From sequence record SRR31156797_1028: DNA of 39,575 nt. One strand, 5' to 3'. The notes under the pieces were generated by a model. The model was not told the origin of the DNA and did no database searches. It saw only the letters and a list, made by a program, of their open reading frames with translations. Positions 1-9,695 of the stretch are shown here, piece by piece (the stretch's first letter is position 1; every line of letters begins with the position of its first letter). The translations under genes and the position numbers were made by a program.

Positions 1-396
1 GAAGCACCTTCGTTCTGCAACTATGACAAAGAGCCAATCCTGCATTTAATCTTTAGAGCGGATCACCTAGGCAAGAAACGCCGCTTTTTGGTTGCACTCG
101 TTGCCACATTGAACCAATTTATACAGCAATGTGTTCAGGAAGTGACTTAACACGAGAATTTTCGTACAACATCGCCCAAGTTGCCCTGAAGAAAGGGGTC
201 AGCTTTCTCCTACAGCCACCCATTCATCCCACTGTCTAGAATAGAGCATTCTTTCTGGAACCGTTACCTTCTGCTGGGTATGGTAGCACTATATTTGCAA
301 GAAAATACTCAGAGTGAGTATCGCAATAATGGAGCCAACCTTTTGGCTGTCAATCCAAAAGATACAGCAAGGTATTAAATTCCTCTCCAATTTTAC

Positions 397-1341
397 CTAA
401 TCAAAAATAGTTTTATCTATAATGCCCTCATCAATTAAGCGAGTAAGGATATTGGTACATTTCTTACTGATTGTTTCCCTTAGGAGCCTAGCTGCTGGAG
501 TAATTACTTGCCTGCTAGGGAAAATCAACCATAATTCTGTTGAGGTTGGCCTAAATTCAGGCATAATAGGTACAAGTTCTCCTGATAACAGTTCTGTTGA
601 TATGTCAAAACAGGACTTTAGCGCCAGCCCTTTTCCATCCACGCACCATCGTCGTACAAGATCACCATCGTTTGTGATACGATTACTTTTCATTCTGACT
701 TTATACTCCTTCTCCTCTTTTATAAACGTCCAGACATCGTGTGTAATATCGTAGAGCTGATACAGTAGACCGTTGTGCATGGTCAAGTCGTCTGAATGTG
801 CTGGCATTCCATTTTTATCAAGATAATCAGGTGATGCGCAGAGTATATGCTGGACGTTGCAGACCTTGAATCCATAAAGATTAGCATCATTAAGTGATCC
901 AGGGCGAACATAACGTATGGCCATGTCAATGGAATCTCTGAACAGGTCCACATTGGAGTCGCTGAGATTAAGCCGCACCCTCACGTCAGGGTAGGCGTCC
1001 ATGAATTCATTGAGCCACGGTCTGATAAAATTTCTACCCAAATCCGATGAAACAGCTATCCGCAACTCGCCTTCAACAATAGCTAAATCACTATGTATTT
1101 GCTGCCTGCCCTGTTCCAAAGCAAACAGGGCTTGCTCGCAGTGAGGAATATACCTCTCCCCAATACTTGAAAGTCTGAGTCGTCTTGTTGTGCGGACAAA
1201 TAATTCTGCACCAAGCGCTTCTTCTATCCGTTTTAACGCCATGCTAACTCTTGGTGTGCTCATGTCAAGGTGCGTTGCCGCTCCTGTAATCGATAGTAAT
1301 TCCGCTATTTTGAGTACTATTTTTAGATCTTGTATATTCAT
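397..1341 (-). CDS. LysR-family transcriptional regulator (CrgA/DmlR-like)
   Basis: N-terminal HTH (SITGAATHLDMS...LKRIEEALGAELFVRTTRRLRLS) and CrgA-like substrate-binding domain (NDGDLVRRWCVDGKGLA); divergent from the 1487-7367 cluster. Confidence 0.95.
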   Translation of the reverse strand: MNIQDLKIVLKIAELLSITGAATHLDMSTPRVSMALKRIEEALGAELFVRTTRRLRLSSIGERYIPHCEQALFALEQGRQQIHSDLAIVEGELRIAVSSDLGRNFIRPWLNEFMDAYPDVRVRLNLSDSNVDLFRDSIDMAIRYVRPGSLNDANLYGFKVCNVQHILCASPDYLDKNGMPAHSDDLTMHNGLLYQLYDITHDVWTFIKEEKEYKVRMKSNRITNDGDLVRRWCVDGKGLALKSCFDISTELLSGELVPIMPEFRPTSTELWLIFPSRQVITPAARLLRETISKKCTNILTRLIDEGIIDKTIFD

Positions 1342-1486
1342 ATTGTTAAATATTTTTTAATAATGTTTTAAAGGTGGCCCCGTTTATATTTATCAAATTA
1401 ACACCTACTATGCAAATCACAGTAGGGAGATAAGCAACACTTCAAATTTGCAAACAAAGCTACATGTTCAAAAAGAGGAAGGAAAT

Positions 1487-2332
1487 ATGAAATACGAAGG
1501 GTTCACCACATTCACAACAGAAAAAGCAGACGGCGTGCTCACTGTAACCTTTGATTATGGCCCTGTAAACGTCCAGGGGCTCCCAATGCTGGCAGACCTT
1601 AATGGACTTGCCATGAATCTCGAGCGGGACCGTGAAGTGAAAGTGGTTGTTTTCCAGTCTGCGCATCCAGAAATCTGGGTTGCTCATTACGACACAAACT
1701 TGCTGAGATATATGTCCACCGACGCTGTTTCCCGTGAAGATGCAGAATTGCTCGATTTGCAGGCAATACTTGAGCGTATCAGCAAACTACCTCAGGCTAC
1801 AATTGCAAAAATTGAAGGTTTTGCACGAGGCGGTGAACATGAATTCGCCCTTGCCTGTGATATGCGTTTTGCGGCTCGTGGTAAATTCAAATTCATGCAG
1901 ATGGAAGTTGGTATGGGGATCCTTCCTTGCGGTGGTGGTGCTTCCCGCATGGCACGCCAGGTCGGTTTAGGTCGTGCCCTGGAAATTATCCTGAGTGCTC
2001 GCGATTTTACAGCTGATGAAGCAGAAACATATGGCACCATCAACAAGGCGCTTGATCCTGAAGAGATAGGTCCATACGTAGATGAACTGGCCAAACGCAT
2101 CGCCAAATTCCCAGCAGAATCCATCAATGCCTGTAAACAGATGGTATACGAGTCCATTGACAAACCGATTGATGAAGCTCTTAAGGCGGAAGCGTACTGG
2201 CTCTATCAGGCGACCAGTAAAACTCCCGCAGTCAAGCGTTTCACCGTCGCCGATGAAAAAGGTATGGAGCATGACATGGACAACCAGCGTAACTGGAATG
2301 ATCTGGTAATGCAGGTTCAGGAAATCAACTAA
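1487..2332 (+). CDS. Enoyl-CoA hydratase/isomerase (crotonase) family protein
   Basis: Crotonase motifs PQATIAKIEGFARGGxHEFALACDMRFA and EVGMGILPCGGGA; ATG 1487 follows the RBS GAGGAAGG and is preferred over TTG 1448. Confidence 0.92.
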   Translation: MKYEGFTTFTTEKADGVLTVTFDYGPVNVQGLPMLADLNGLAMNLERDREVKVVVFQSAHPEIWVAHYDTNLLRYMSTDAVSREDAELLDLQAILERISKLPQATIAKIEGFARGGEHEFALACDMRFAARGKFKFMQMEVGMGILPCGGGASRMARQVGLGRALEIILSARDFTADEAETYGTINKALDPEEIGPYVDELAKRIAKFPAESINACKQMVYESIDKPIDEALKAEAYWLYQATSKTPAVKRFTVADEKGMEHDMDNQRNWNDLVMQVQEIN

Positions 2333-2359
2333 CTGTTTACTTAAAAGGAAAATAGAAAA

Positions 2360-3145
2360 ATGACCAGCTGGAAAGAATTAAGCACAGATCTTGAAGAGCT
2401 GCTGCAGCTTGACTCACGGGCTATTGCAGTCAAGCGTATGGAAAAGAAAGATGGGTTGATGGACATCCCAGGTATTGAAAAGCCAAAAGCAGCTTTCACC
2501 TATTGTCAACTGCCGTACCTGGTGAGAAAAGAGGGGAAGACCATCGGAATTACTAAAGATGACGCCACCCCTTTAGCCGAAAAAATGCAACTTCGTTACC
2601 GCTGCTTAAGGATCCAGGGGCTGGCGCCTGCTGATGAGCAGCAGATTGAATATGAAGCAAAGGGGTTTAACGGTTTCTGGTTTGATAGCTATCAAACAGC
2701 CAAAGCGGCGGTTGGATCATACTATGATGCCTCGCCCATTGAAGCCCTTGTTATGTCACCTCTTGATGAAGAAAAGTTTGAGCCTGATTACGTACTGGTT
2801 TATGCAAACGGCGCTCAGATGACACTCTTGATGAATGGGCTGCAATATTTTGAGTATGAAAAAGTTGACTCCACTTTCTCCGGCGAAGGCTCCTGCACCG
2901 ATGCGCTGCCACGCTGTGTTGCAACAGGCAAGCCTTCTCTGTGTCTGCCCTGTTTAGGTGAACGTTCCTTTGGATTGATAGAAGATAGCGAAATGGTGAT
3001 CGCCATGCCTGCCGACAGACTTGAGCGTACCGTAAAGGGTCTTAGAGTGTTGAAGGAGAAAGGGCTTGCCTACCCGATTGCCCATGCAGAGCCTGGAATG
3101 GATGTGACACCGCTTTTTGAACAGTGGTATCCCATTCAGGACTAA
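2360..3145 (+). CDS. DUF169 (ArCR-like) domain protein
   Basis: Pattern YCQ...C...PL..EPDYVLVYAN.AQM..L..GL...GEGSC...PCLGER...EM; RBS AAGGA upstream. Confidence 0.8.
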   Translation: MTSWKELSTDLEELLQLDSRAIAVKRMEKKDGLMDIPGIEKPKAAFTYCQLPYLVRKEGKTIGITKDDATPLAEKMQLRYRCLRIQGLAPADEQQIEYEAKGFNGFWFDSYQTAKAAVGSYYDASPIEALVMSPLDEEKFEPDYVLVYANGAQMTLLMNGLQYFEYEKVDSTFSGEGSCTDALPRCVATGKPSLCLPCLGERSFGLIEDSEMVIAMPADRLERTVKGLRVLKEKGLAYPIAHAEPGMDVTPLFEQWYPIQD

Positions 3146-3211
3146 AATTATGCCATAATTCTCCAGTTCTTTTATGACAGAGCTGGAGCAGCCCAACTAA
3201 GGAGACAAACA

Positions 3212-4012
3212 ATGCAAAAAACAATTCTTATCACTGGAGCTACCGACGGGATCGGGCTTGAGACAGCAAAAATGCTTGTCTCCCAGGGCCATAATGTTCT
3301 GGTGCACGGACGAAATAAGGAAAAACTGGGAAAGGTGATCAAAGAGCTGGATACGCTCTCTGGCGGAGCACGGATTGAGAGTTACCTCGCTGATTTGTCA
3401 CGTTTACCAGATGTGGAAGCTTTTGCAGCAGCAGTGTCTGAAAAGCATGAAAAGCTGGATGTGCTCATCAACAATGCCGGGGTTTTTGTAACCTCAAACC
3501 CTGTCACTGGGGGCGGACTGGATGTACGGTTTGTGGTGAATACTATTGCGCCATACCTGCTGACCCAAAAACTGCTCCCCTTGATGGATGCTGCCGGAAG
3601 GGTAGTGAACCTCTCGTCTGCCGCGCAGACTCCGGTTGACCTGGAAGCAATGGCTGGAAAATATAGGATCAGCTCTGACGGGGAAGCCTATGCCCAAAGC
3701 AAACTAGCTCTTACCATGTGGTCTCGGGACATGGCACGGGAACTGGGAAGTAAGGGGCCTGCAATCATTGCTGTCAATCCGAAATCCTTTCTTGGTTCAA
3801 AGATGGTGAAGCAGGCATATGGTGCAGTAGGGCACGATCTACGCATCGGTGCCGATATTCTTTATAGAGCTGCTCTAGCTGATGAATTTGCCGATGCATC
3901 AGGTAAGTATTTTGATAATGACATTGAGCGGTTTACAAATCCTCATCCTGATGCCCTTGATCCCCAAAAATGCAAAGGGCTTGTCCGTATGATTGAAGCA
4001 ATGTTGGCATAG
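3212..4012 (+). CDS. Short-chain dehydrogenase/reductase (retinol-DH-like)
   Basis: TGATDGIG Rossmann motif, LDVLINNAG, catalytic YAQSK; RBS AAGGAG. Confidence 0.95.
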   Translation: MQKTILITGATDGIGLETAKMLVSQGHNVLVHGRNKEKLGKVIKELDTLSGGARIESYLADLSRLPDVEAFAAAVSEKHEKLDVLINNAGVFVTSNPVTGGGLDVRFVVNTIAPYLLTQKLLPLMDAAGRVVNLSSAAQTPVDLEAMAGKYRISSDGEAYAQSKLALTMWSRDMARELGSKGPAIIAVNPKSFLGSKMVKQAYGAVGHDLRIGADILYRAALADEFADASGKYFDNDIERFTNPHPDALDPQKCKGLVRMIEAMLA

Positions 4013-4046
4013 GACGCGTACGGAAAAAAGGAATGAAGAGAGAGTT

Positions 4047-4922
4047 ATGAATTACGAAGGAAAAGTGTATCGTCCTTGGATGGAAGCAGACAGCTTTTTG
4101 ATCCAAACAACCATCGGCTGCACTCACAATAAGTGCACCTTTTGCGACATGTTTAGGGAGAAAAGATTCCGCATCAGGGATCTTGAAGATATTTTTCAAG
4201 ATATTGAAGAAGCGAGACATTACCTAGGCCATATCAGGTCAATCTTTCTCGTCGACGGAAACGTATTGGCCCTGAAAACAGACTTTCTCGTAAAAGTGTT
4301 GAACAAAGTTGCTACCACCTTTCCAGAGTGTAAAAAAATATCAGTTTACGCAGGCTTAAATGACCTCAGGCGGAAGTCTGTTGAGGAACTCAAACAACTC
4401 AAAGATGCTGGTTTGAATAAGGTGTATACAGGTCTGGAGTCTGGCGATGTCGTAACCTTAGAGCAGATCCAAAAGGGCTTGACTCCTGAGCAGGCAATAG
4501 AGGGCATGTCACATGCCAAGGCAGCAGGTATTGAAGTACTCCTCTCCATTATTTTCGGACTTGGCGGGAAAGAACGATCCCGAATTCATGCAGAAGAAAC
4601 GACAAAACTGCTCAATATCCTGCAACCCGAAGAACTGGCCCCCATGGCTCTAACGATCCAGCCTGGAACCATTTTGGCAGAACAAGTTGAATCCGGTGAA
4701 TTCATTCAGGCGACCCCTTTACAAATCCTTGAAGAGGAGAAATACCTCCTGGATAACCTGGAAGACTTTGAAATGGTGTACTGGGGAGATCACAGCAATA
4801 ATATTGAAACGTTGAAGGGTGTGATGCCGGCATATAGGGATGTATTCCTTGAAAAGGTTGAGCAAGCAATTGCCCACCATCCAGTTACCAGCCAGGATGT
4901 GCTCAGAACTACCCCATGGTAG
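4047..4922 (+). CDS. Radical SAM protein (COG1032-like core, no B12-binding domain), copy 1
   Basis: CTHNKCTFC iron-sulfur motif, YEGKVYRP N-terminus, GLESG; ATG at 4047 after purine-rich GAAGAGAGAG. Confidence 0.92.
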   Translation: MNYEGKVYRPWMEADSFLIQTTIGCTHNKCTFCDMFREKRFRIRDLEDIFQDIEEARHYLGHIRSIFLVDGNVLALKTDFLVKVLNKVATTFPECKKISVYAGLNDLRRKSVEELKQLKDAGLNKVYTGLESGDVVTLEQIQKGLTPEQAIEGMSHAKAAGIEVLLSIIFGLGGKERSRIHAEETTKLLNILQPEELAPMALTIQPGTILAEQVESGEFIQATPLQILEEEKYLLDNLEDFEMVYWGDHSNNIETLKGVMPAYRDVFLEKVEQAIAHHPVTSQDVLRTTPW

Positions 4923-5041
4923 GAAAATAGGCCCGGCCAAGCTTAGCTGTACTTATTTTGTACGGTTACGGGGGGGATGGAACATTACGTTCGGTTGATA
5001 AATAACACCTGGATAAATTTATATAAAGAGGAATAAATTCG

Positions 5042-5161
5042 ATGAAAGCAATGATTCTTAATGAATATGGTGATGATGCCCAGTTTCAGTTAACTGAGTT
5101 GCCACAGCCTGAAGTAAAGGATGGACATGTAATGGTTCGTGTCATCGCAACCAGTGTGTGA
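5042..5161 (+). pseudogene. 5' fragment of an MDR-family (zinc-binding ADH / quinone oxidoreductase) gene
   Basis: RBS AGAGGA then MKAMILNEYGDDAQFQLTELPQPEVKDGHVMVRVIATSV*, a typical MDR N-terminus that stops where NPVD normally follows. Confidence 0.85.
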
Positions 5162-5250
5162 TTTTGATCAAATTAAAGTGACATGTTAGTTGATCAATAA
5201 ATCATATCACAAATGCTAAAGGATCTATACGCTTCCTAAGTAAAATAAAT

Positions 5251-5338
5251 AGTAACCGTTCACCAGTACCCCACGCATAGCCAACTATAGCTCGGAGGCC
5301 TGTTTGAACGAACCTGGAGCACCGGTTGAACGGTTACT
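5251..5338. repeat. REP/MITE-like palindromic intergenic repeat
   Basis: Perfect 12-bp inverted repeat AGTAACCGTTCA (5251-5262) / TGAACGGTTACT (5327-5338) with imperfect inward extension; resembles 28837-28931. Confidence 0.6.
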
Positions 5339-5411
5339 GATCCGAGTTATATAGTTACCTATTACGCTCCTGTGAACGATTACAAAAAATATAAAATAAA
5401 GGTATTGGAAA

Positions 5412-6287
5412 ATGAAATATACAGGGCCAGTTTACAGACCTCCTTACGAGGCAAATACCCTGTTACTTCAGGTGACAGTGGGATGCGCACATAACAAGTG
5501 TACGTTTTGTACAATGTACCGCGATGTGAAATTTGAAAGAGAGAGCTTAGAACAGATTGAAAAAGATTTACAGGAAGCGCAGCAATTATACCCAAATGCA
5601 AAGCGGATATTCCTGGTTAATGGAGATGCTTTTGTACTTCCTGCAAAGCGCTTAAAGGAGATTGCTGAAAAGATACATCACTATCTGCCGAAGGTTGAAA
5701 AGATAACCATGTATTCATCTATCAACAATATCAAGCATAAGTCTGATGAAGATTTGGCAGAGTTGGCAAAGTTGGGAATTTGCGACCTGTGGGTTGGTGT
5801 CGAAACAGGCCATGGCGAGGCACTTAAGTATCTCAATAAAGGTTCTTCGATTGAGGATGTTTACGAGCAGTTGGAGCGTTTAAATAAGGCCGGCATCACC
5901 TTCTTTTATGGATTTATGTTTGGCGCTGCAGGAAGAGGGAAAGGAGTTGAAAATGCCGAGGCCAATGCAAAACTCATTAATAAGGTTAAGCCATTAGGTA
6001 TTGTTCCAACCACGCTAAACTCTAATGACGGTACCCAACTGGCTCAAGACATCGCTGCTGGCACTTTTGAGTTGGCTACAGAGCGTGAAGTATTGGAAGA
6101 GCAGAAGAAAACGTTGGAACTCATTGATGTGCCATCCTATTACATGGGAATACACGTCATAAATTCATTAAGTTTTGATGCAGAACTCCCACAAGGCAAA
6201 CAAGGAGCAATCGATAGGGTTAACCATGCTCTATCAAACACGGATGAAGCAGTTTTGGATAGTGTGCCTGAACGTCATTCTATATGA
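5412..6287 (+). CDS. Radical SAM protein (same family as 4047-4922), copy 2
   Basis: CAHNKCTFC motif, YTGPVYRPPYEA N-terminus, GVETG. Confidence 0.93.
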   Translation: MKYTGPVYRPPYEANTLLLQVTVGCAHNKCTFCTMYRDVKFERESLEQIEKDLQEAQQLYPNAKRIFLVNGDAFVLPAKRLKEIAEKIHHYLPKVEKITMYSSINNIKHKSDEDLAELAKLGICDLWVGVETGHGEALKYLNKGSSIEDVYEQLERLNKAGITFFYGFMFGAAGRGKGVENAEANAKLINKVKPLGIVPTTLNSNDGTQLAQDIAAGTFELATEREVLEEQKKTLELIDVPSYYMGIHVINSLSFDAELPQGKQGAIDRVNHALSNTDEAVLDSVPERHSI

Positions 6288-6352
6288 GTCAATAACACCA
6301 TCAATCGCACTCAAAAATCAAATAAATTGAAAAGAGAAAGTAGGAGAATACA

Positions 6353-6907
6353 ATGGATGCAATTACTATGATCAAGGAACGCCGGAGCGTGCGCAAGTTC
6401 AAAGAAGGAGCAGTTGATCGGGAGACCATGAAGGGTATTATTGAGGTTGCCCGCTGGGCACCTTCCTGGGCAAACTTTCAGGTTGCTCGCTAAACCTTGA
6501 TTGATAATAAAGAGACTATCAAAAAACTTTCAACCGATGGTGTCAAAGGGTTTGTCTACAACGTCAAAACCCTTGAAGAGGCAAAAGGTGTTGCAGTATT
6601 GAGTTTTGTTAAGGGAAAGAGTGGCAAACTGGACCCTGAAAAAGATGAGTATGCAACTGGAAAAGCTAATGTTTGGGAAGTTTTTGATTCAGGTATCGCC
6701 TGCCAGACTTTCTGTTTGGCTGCCCATGCTAAAGGCGTTGGGACATGTGTTCTGGGCATCATTGATGATGAATCCATCTCTAAAATTGTCAGTTTGCCGG
6801 AAGAAGAAACTGTAGCAGCACTTATCGTTTATGGTTATTCAGATGAAACTCCTCCAGCGACCAAAAGAAAAGAGGTGGGTGAAATTCTTCGTTTTGTAGA
6901 TGCATGA
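6353..6907 (+). pseudogene. Nitroreductase family protein with in-frame TAA at 6491-6493
   Basis: RBS AGGAG, ATG 6353: MDAITMIKERRSVRKF...ARWAPSWANFQVAR*TLIDNKE... continues in frame into the 6497 ORF (DSGIACQTFCLAAHAKGVGTC). Confidence 0.88.
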
Positions 6908-6914
6908 TCTTGTT

Positions 6915-6947
6915 GAATCAGCGGCAATGCAATATTGTCGCTGATTC
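6915..6947 (+). terminator. Stem-loop, probable terminator after nitroreductase
   Basis: GAATCAGCGGCAAT / ATTGTCGCTGATTC stem followed by pyrimidine tract TTCTCT. Confidence 0.55.
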
Positions 6948-7076
6948 TTCTCTGCCTGCCATGTATCTGTAATGGCATGGTGACATGATGCTGCCCTGCT
7001 TCAAGTTGGCTGATGCAGGTGTGTTTACGGAAATTTTTTATTTTGTTTTTAATGAATTAGGTTAAAGAGTTTTTCT

Positions 7077-7367
7077 ATGCAATTTTTAAATATAGTAGGA
7101 AGTGAAAGGGATAACGAACGTGAAGTTTTTGTTCCAGAGGGTGTATGTGCTAAAGAAATCACTTTTGACATAGAGGATGGCAGATTACGAAATCTTGATT
7201 TTGCTGGTGGCTGTCAGGGGAACCTTCGTGCAATTTCAATATTGCTCGAAGGTATGCCGGTAGAAAAAGTTATTGAGAAGGTAAAAGGTATTACCTGTGG
7301 GAAAAAAAGCACCTCCTGTACTGATCAACTTGCGAAAATCCTTGAGAAACAACTTTCTGTTGCCTGA
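7077..7367 (+). CDS. TIGR03905-like TSCPD-domain protein
   Basis: GVC..EI.F......F.GGC.GNL......EGM......GITCG.KSTSCTDQLA four-Cys pattern. Confidence 0.88.
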   Translation: MQFLNIVGSERDNEREVFVPEGVCAKEITFDIEDGRLRNLDFAGGCQGNLRAISILLEGMPVEKVIEKVKGITCGKKSTSCTDQLAKILEKQLSVA

Positions 7368-7368
7368 T

Positions 7369-7545
7369 TGAACCGCTCCGGTTTTTTCGGAGACGGTTTT
7401 AGTGAACTGCCTCGGGGTAGCCGGAGACTCTAATCTTTGAGAAGATGGAGTCATGAAAACAAAAAAGAGATACAGTCCAGAAGTTTGGGAGCGAGCGGTT
7501 CGATTAGTCATTAAATATCAGGAAGTGCTTCTCGGTACCGGCTAG
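7369..7545 (+). mobile_element. IS3-family (IS51/IS629-group) remnant: two tandem terminal IRs plus orfA 5' fragment
   Basis: TGAACCGCTCCGG..CGGAGAC (7369-7394) and TGAACTGCCTCGG..CGGAGAC (7403-7428), then RBS GGAG and MKTKKRYSPEVWERAVRLV (7453-7545), a typical IS3 OrfA start. Confidence 0.85.
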
Positions 7546-7560
7546 CAGTATTTTTCACTT

Positions 7561-8358
7561 TTAAAACGATTGTTTCATATAGTTATCATATAGCAACTGG
7601 AGTTCTCCGCTCTCTTGTAATTCTTGTAATACACCATTTGCTTTCTGAACAATTTCTTTTGGTACTTTTTTCGAAAAAGGCAACCAGTGGTATGCTTCAT
7701 TTATGACAATTGGGAGCAGAATAATATCTTTTTGATGCCCCATTTTCTTAATGGTTCCTATTCCATCAATATCATTATGAAGCAAAAAGCTTCCTCGTCC
7801 GGCAATGAGTTTGCGAATATTCAGTTCCAGTGAGGAAGTTTCCTCAATTGACATACTCAGGTGACTACTTTGTTTTCGAAACAGTTCCGTGGTAGCTGCT
7901 CCCCGGAGCGCTAACACACTTCCCCCATGTTCTTTCATTTCTTCTAGAGTGTTTATCTTACGAGCTTTTTCATCATTGGCCGATGCGAAAATAACAAATT
8001 TTATAGGGTAGAGCGGAGTATCAGGAAACTGATAAAGGTTTTCCCGTTCCGGATTCTTTGAAACTCCGCACTGAACTTGAATTTTGTTAGCATCTAGGTA
8101 TTTCTTTAACCGTGACCATGGGTACAAATCAGTTGACCAGGTAAAGTGAAATTCGGGAGCTTTTTCATCAATCCTTTTCAGAATGTCAATACATAGTCCG
8201 GCAACTGCTTTTTCACCCTCAATATCTTTAATATAATATCGAGGAAACATCCCGCTAACAGCCGCGGTCTTTAGTTCTATTGATTTTGCATGAGCAGAAT
8301 AGGTCATTCCCAAACAGGCAATAACGCTGAGCACACATAATGTGAACGGATATTTCAT
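7561..8358 (-). CDS. Periplasmic substrate-binding protein, family 3 (orphan)
   Basis: Signal peptide (AHA-K), FPRYY, G.CIDIL, PWSR, PERE...F, KLIAGR, L..LQESGEL. Confidence 0.85.
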   Translation of the reverse strand: MKYPFTLCVLSVIACLGMTYSAHAKSIELKTAAVSGMFPRYYIKDIEGEKAVAGLCIDILKRIDEKAPEFHFTWSTDLYPWSRLKKYLDANKIQVQCGVSKNPERENLYQFPDTPLYPIKFVIFASANDEKARKINTLEEMKEHGGSVLALRGAATTELFRKQSSHLSMSIEETSSLELNIRKLIAGRGSFLLHNDIDGIGTIKKMGHQKDIILLPIVINEAYHWLPFSKKVPKEIVQKANGVLQELQESGELQLLYDNYMKQSF

Positions 8359-8996
8359 GTTTCCCTCACAGTGCGGTTGTGGAACGTTGTAATATCTGAA
8401 CCATAGGCCCTTCCTTCTCAGCTAGCCAAAGCACTATTTTTATTGGATGCAAGCTAACATATAAGAGCCGACTACATTGTTACTGATAGATTTAGAACCA
8501 TGTGGCTGGCGCTCCCTCAGTAAACATCAATATCTCAGTAACAAGATACTCTTTACGTACCTCATCCTTTTAACCGAATTTGAAATTTTAGACTATTCCT
8601 GTTTATTCTCAGAGGCATTACCACATAAGGAAGGAACATTTGTCGTTCGGGAAAAATTCTATCTTTAGGAAACACTTTGATCAAAGGAGGCTGTAACGTT
8701 TTTCATATTGGCAGTGCAAACCTTTGCCCTGTGCCTGCATCGCAGTGTTGTGCTATTGCTCCAGTGGTTAAGTCCACTATTCATAGAACGGATCAGGGGA
8801 AAGACTATTATCAAGTATGAGGGGACACTAGAACTCAGGGTGGATATTAGCAAAACATGGTTCGATATATTCGATAGATTTTGATTCTTATTTGGAAGGT
8901 GACATTACTCGTAATACGGTTTTGTTATGGGAAGAAAAGGATACTTTTTTTTTTGAGATCAAGGGCATGTGCTGCTTCATGACATCTTTATGGCTT

Positions 8997-9695
8997 CTAA
9001 GGGATCGATAGTTCTGTTTTCTGGAGGGACAGGTATCTGGGTGTTTGGAGAGTAGGGGTGCTTTTTATATATGATTGCATTGCCTGTATAAATTGAATAG
9101 GCCATTTTTTTTGGATGATGTTTTTGACAAAAGTGGGGATCCAGCCGCCAAGATCTCCTGAAAAAGTGAACTCAACCTGAGCCGTGCTTGGAGAAAGGGG
9201 GATGATAACAATTTGCATAACTTTGACATTAGCTAACAGATGGTTTTCATCAGCAAGGTGCTTGTTGGTCGAGTTCTGGGCGGTAAACAGAATACGATCA
9301 TGCTTATATTCCACTGTCCCAAGAAGAAGGAATTCTCGATCATAAAAAGGCCATGGGGTGGTGTAGTATTCACTATATTCAAAATGGTTGGTTGAAATTT
9401 CATTGTGAATAGTTGTGTGTTTAAGCTTGGGTGCCCACTTGTTTTTATGTTCAGCATCGACAAGCGCCATAACGATTTTTTGATAGGGTACATTCAGTTT
9501 GGCAATGGCTTTGAATGGGAGAAGGTCATCTGATTCTTCAAGATAGCGAAAGAGGGTGACTCCTTCAGTCGTATCAATCTGTTCCCATTTGTTTGTGCTG
9601 CAGAGCCCCTTCGACAGAGAACCTGCCACAAGAAGAACGCAGAATCCTATTGATAAAATCCATGAGCCTTTCATGATAAGTATTTTGTGCATCAC
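8997..9695 (-). CDS. START/SRPBCC lipid-binding domain protein, exported
   Basis: N-terminal hydrophobic segment; W......GV, W.P, PWPFYDREF and DLGGWIP..VKN START motifs; exact start uncertain. Confidence 0.85.
   Translation of the reverse strand: MMHKILIMKGSWILSIGFCVLLVAGSLSKGLCSTNKWEQIDTTEGVTLFRYLEESDDLLPFKAIAKLNVPYQKIVMALVDAEHKNKWAPKLKHTTIHNEISTNHFEYSEYYTTPWPFYDREFLLLGTVEYKHDRILFTAQNSTNKHLADENHLLANVKVMQIVIIPLSPSTAQVEFTFSGDLGGWIPTFVKNIIQKKWPIQFIQAMQSYIKSTPTLQTPRYLSLQKTELSIP

Noticed and set aside
1-150. Open frame from the window edge (EAPSFCNYDKEPILHL...QEVT*)
   Set aside because: Could be the 3' end of a CDS, but no recognisable motif and too short to support
6491-6493. Recoding (selenocysteine or pyrrolysine) of the nitroreductase stop
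   Set aside because: The codon is TAA, not TGA or TAG
8400-8990. Intergenic stretch with ORFs 8477-8668 and 8665-8853
   Set aside because: No family motif, RBS or repeat structure recognised
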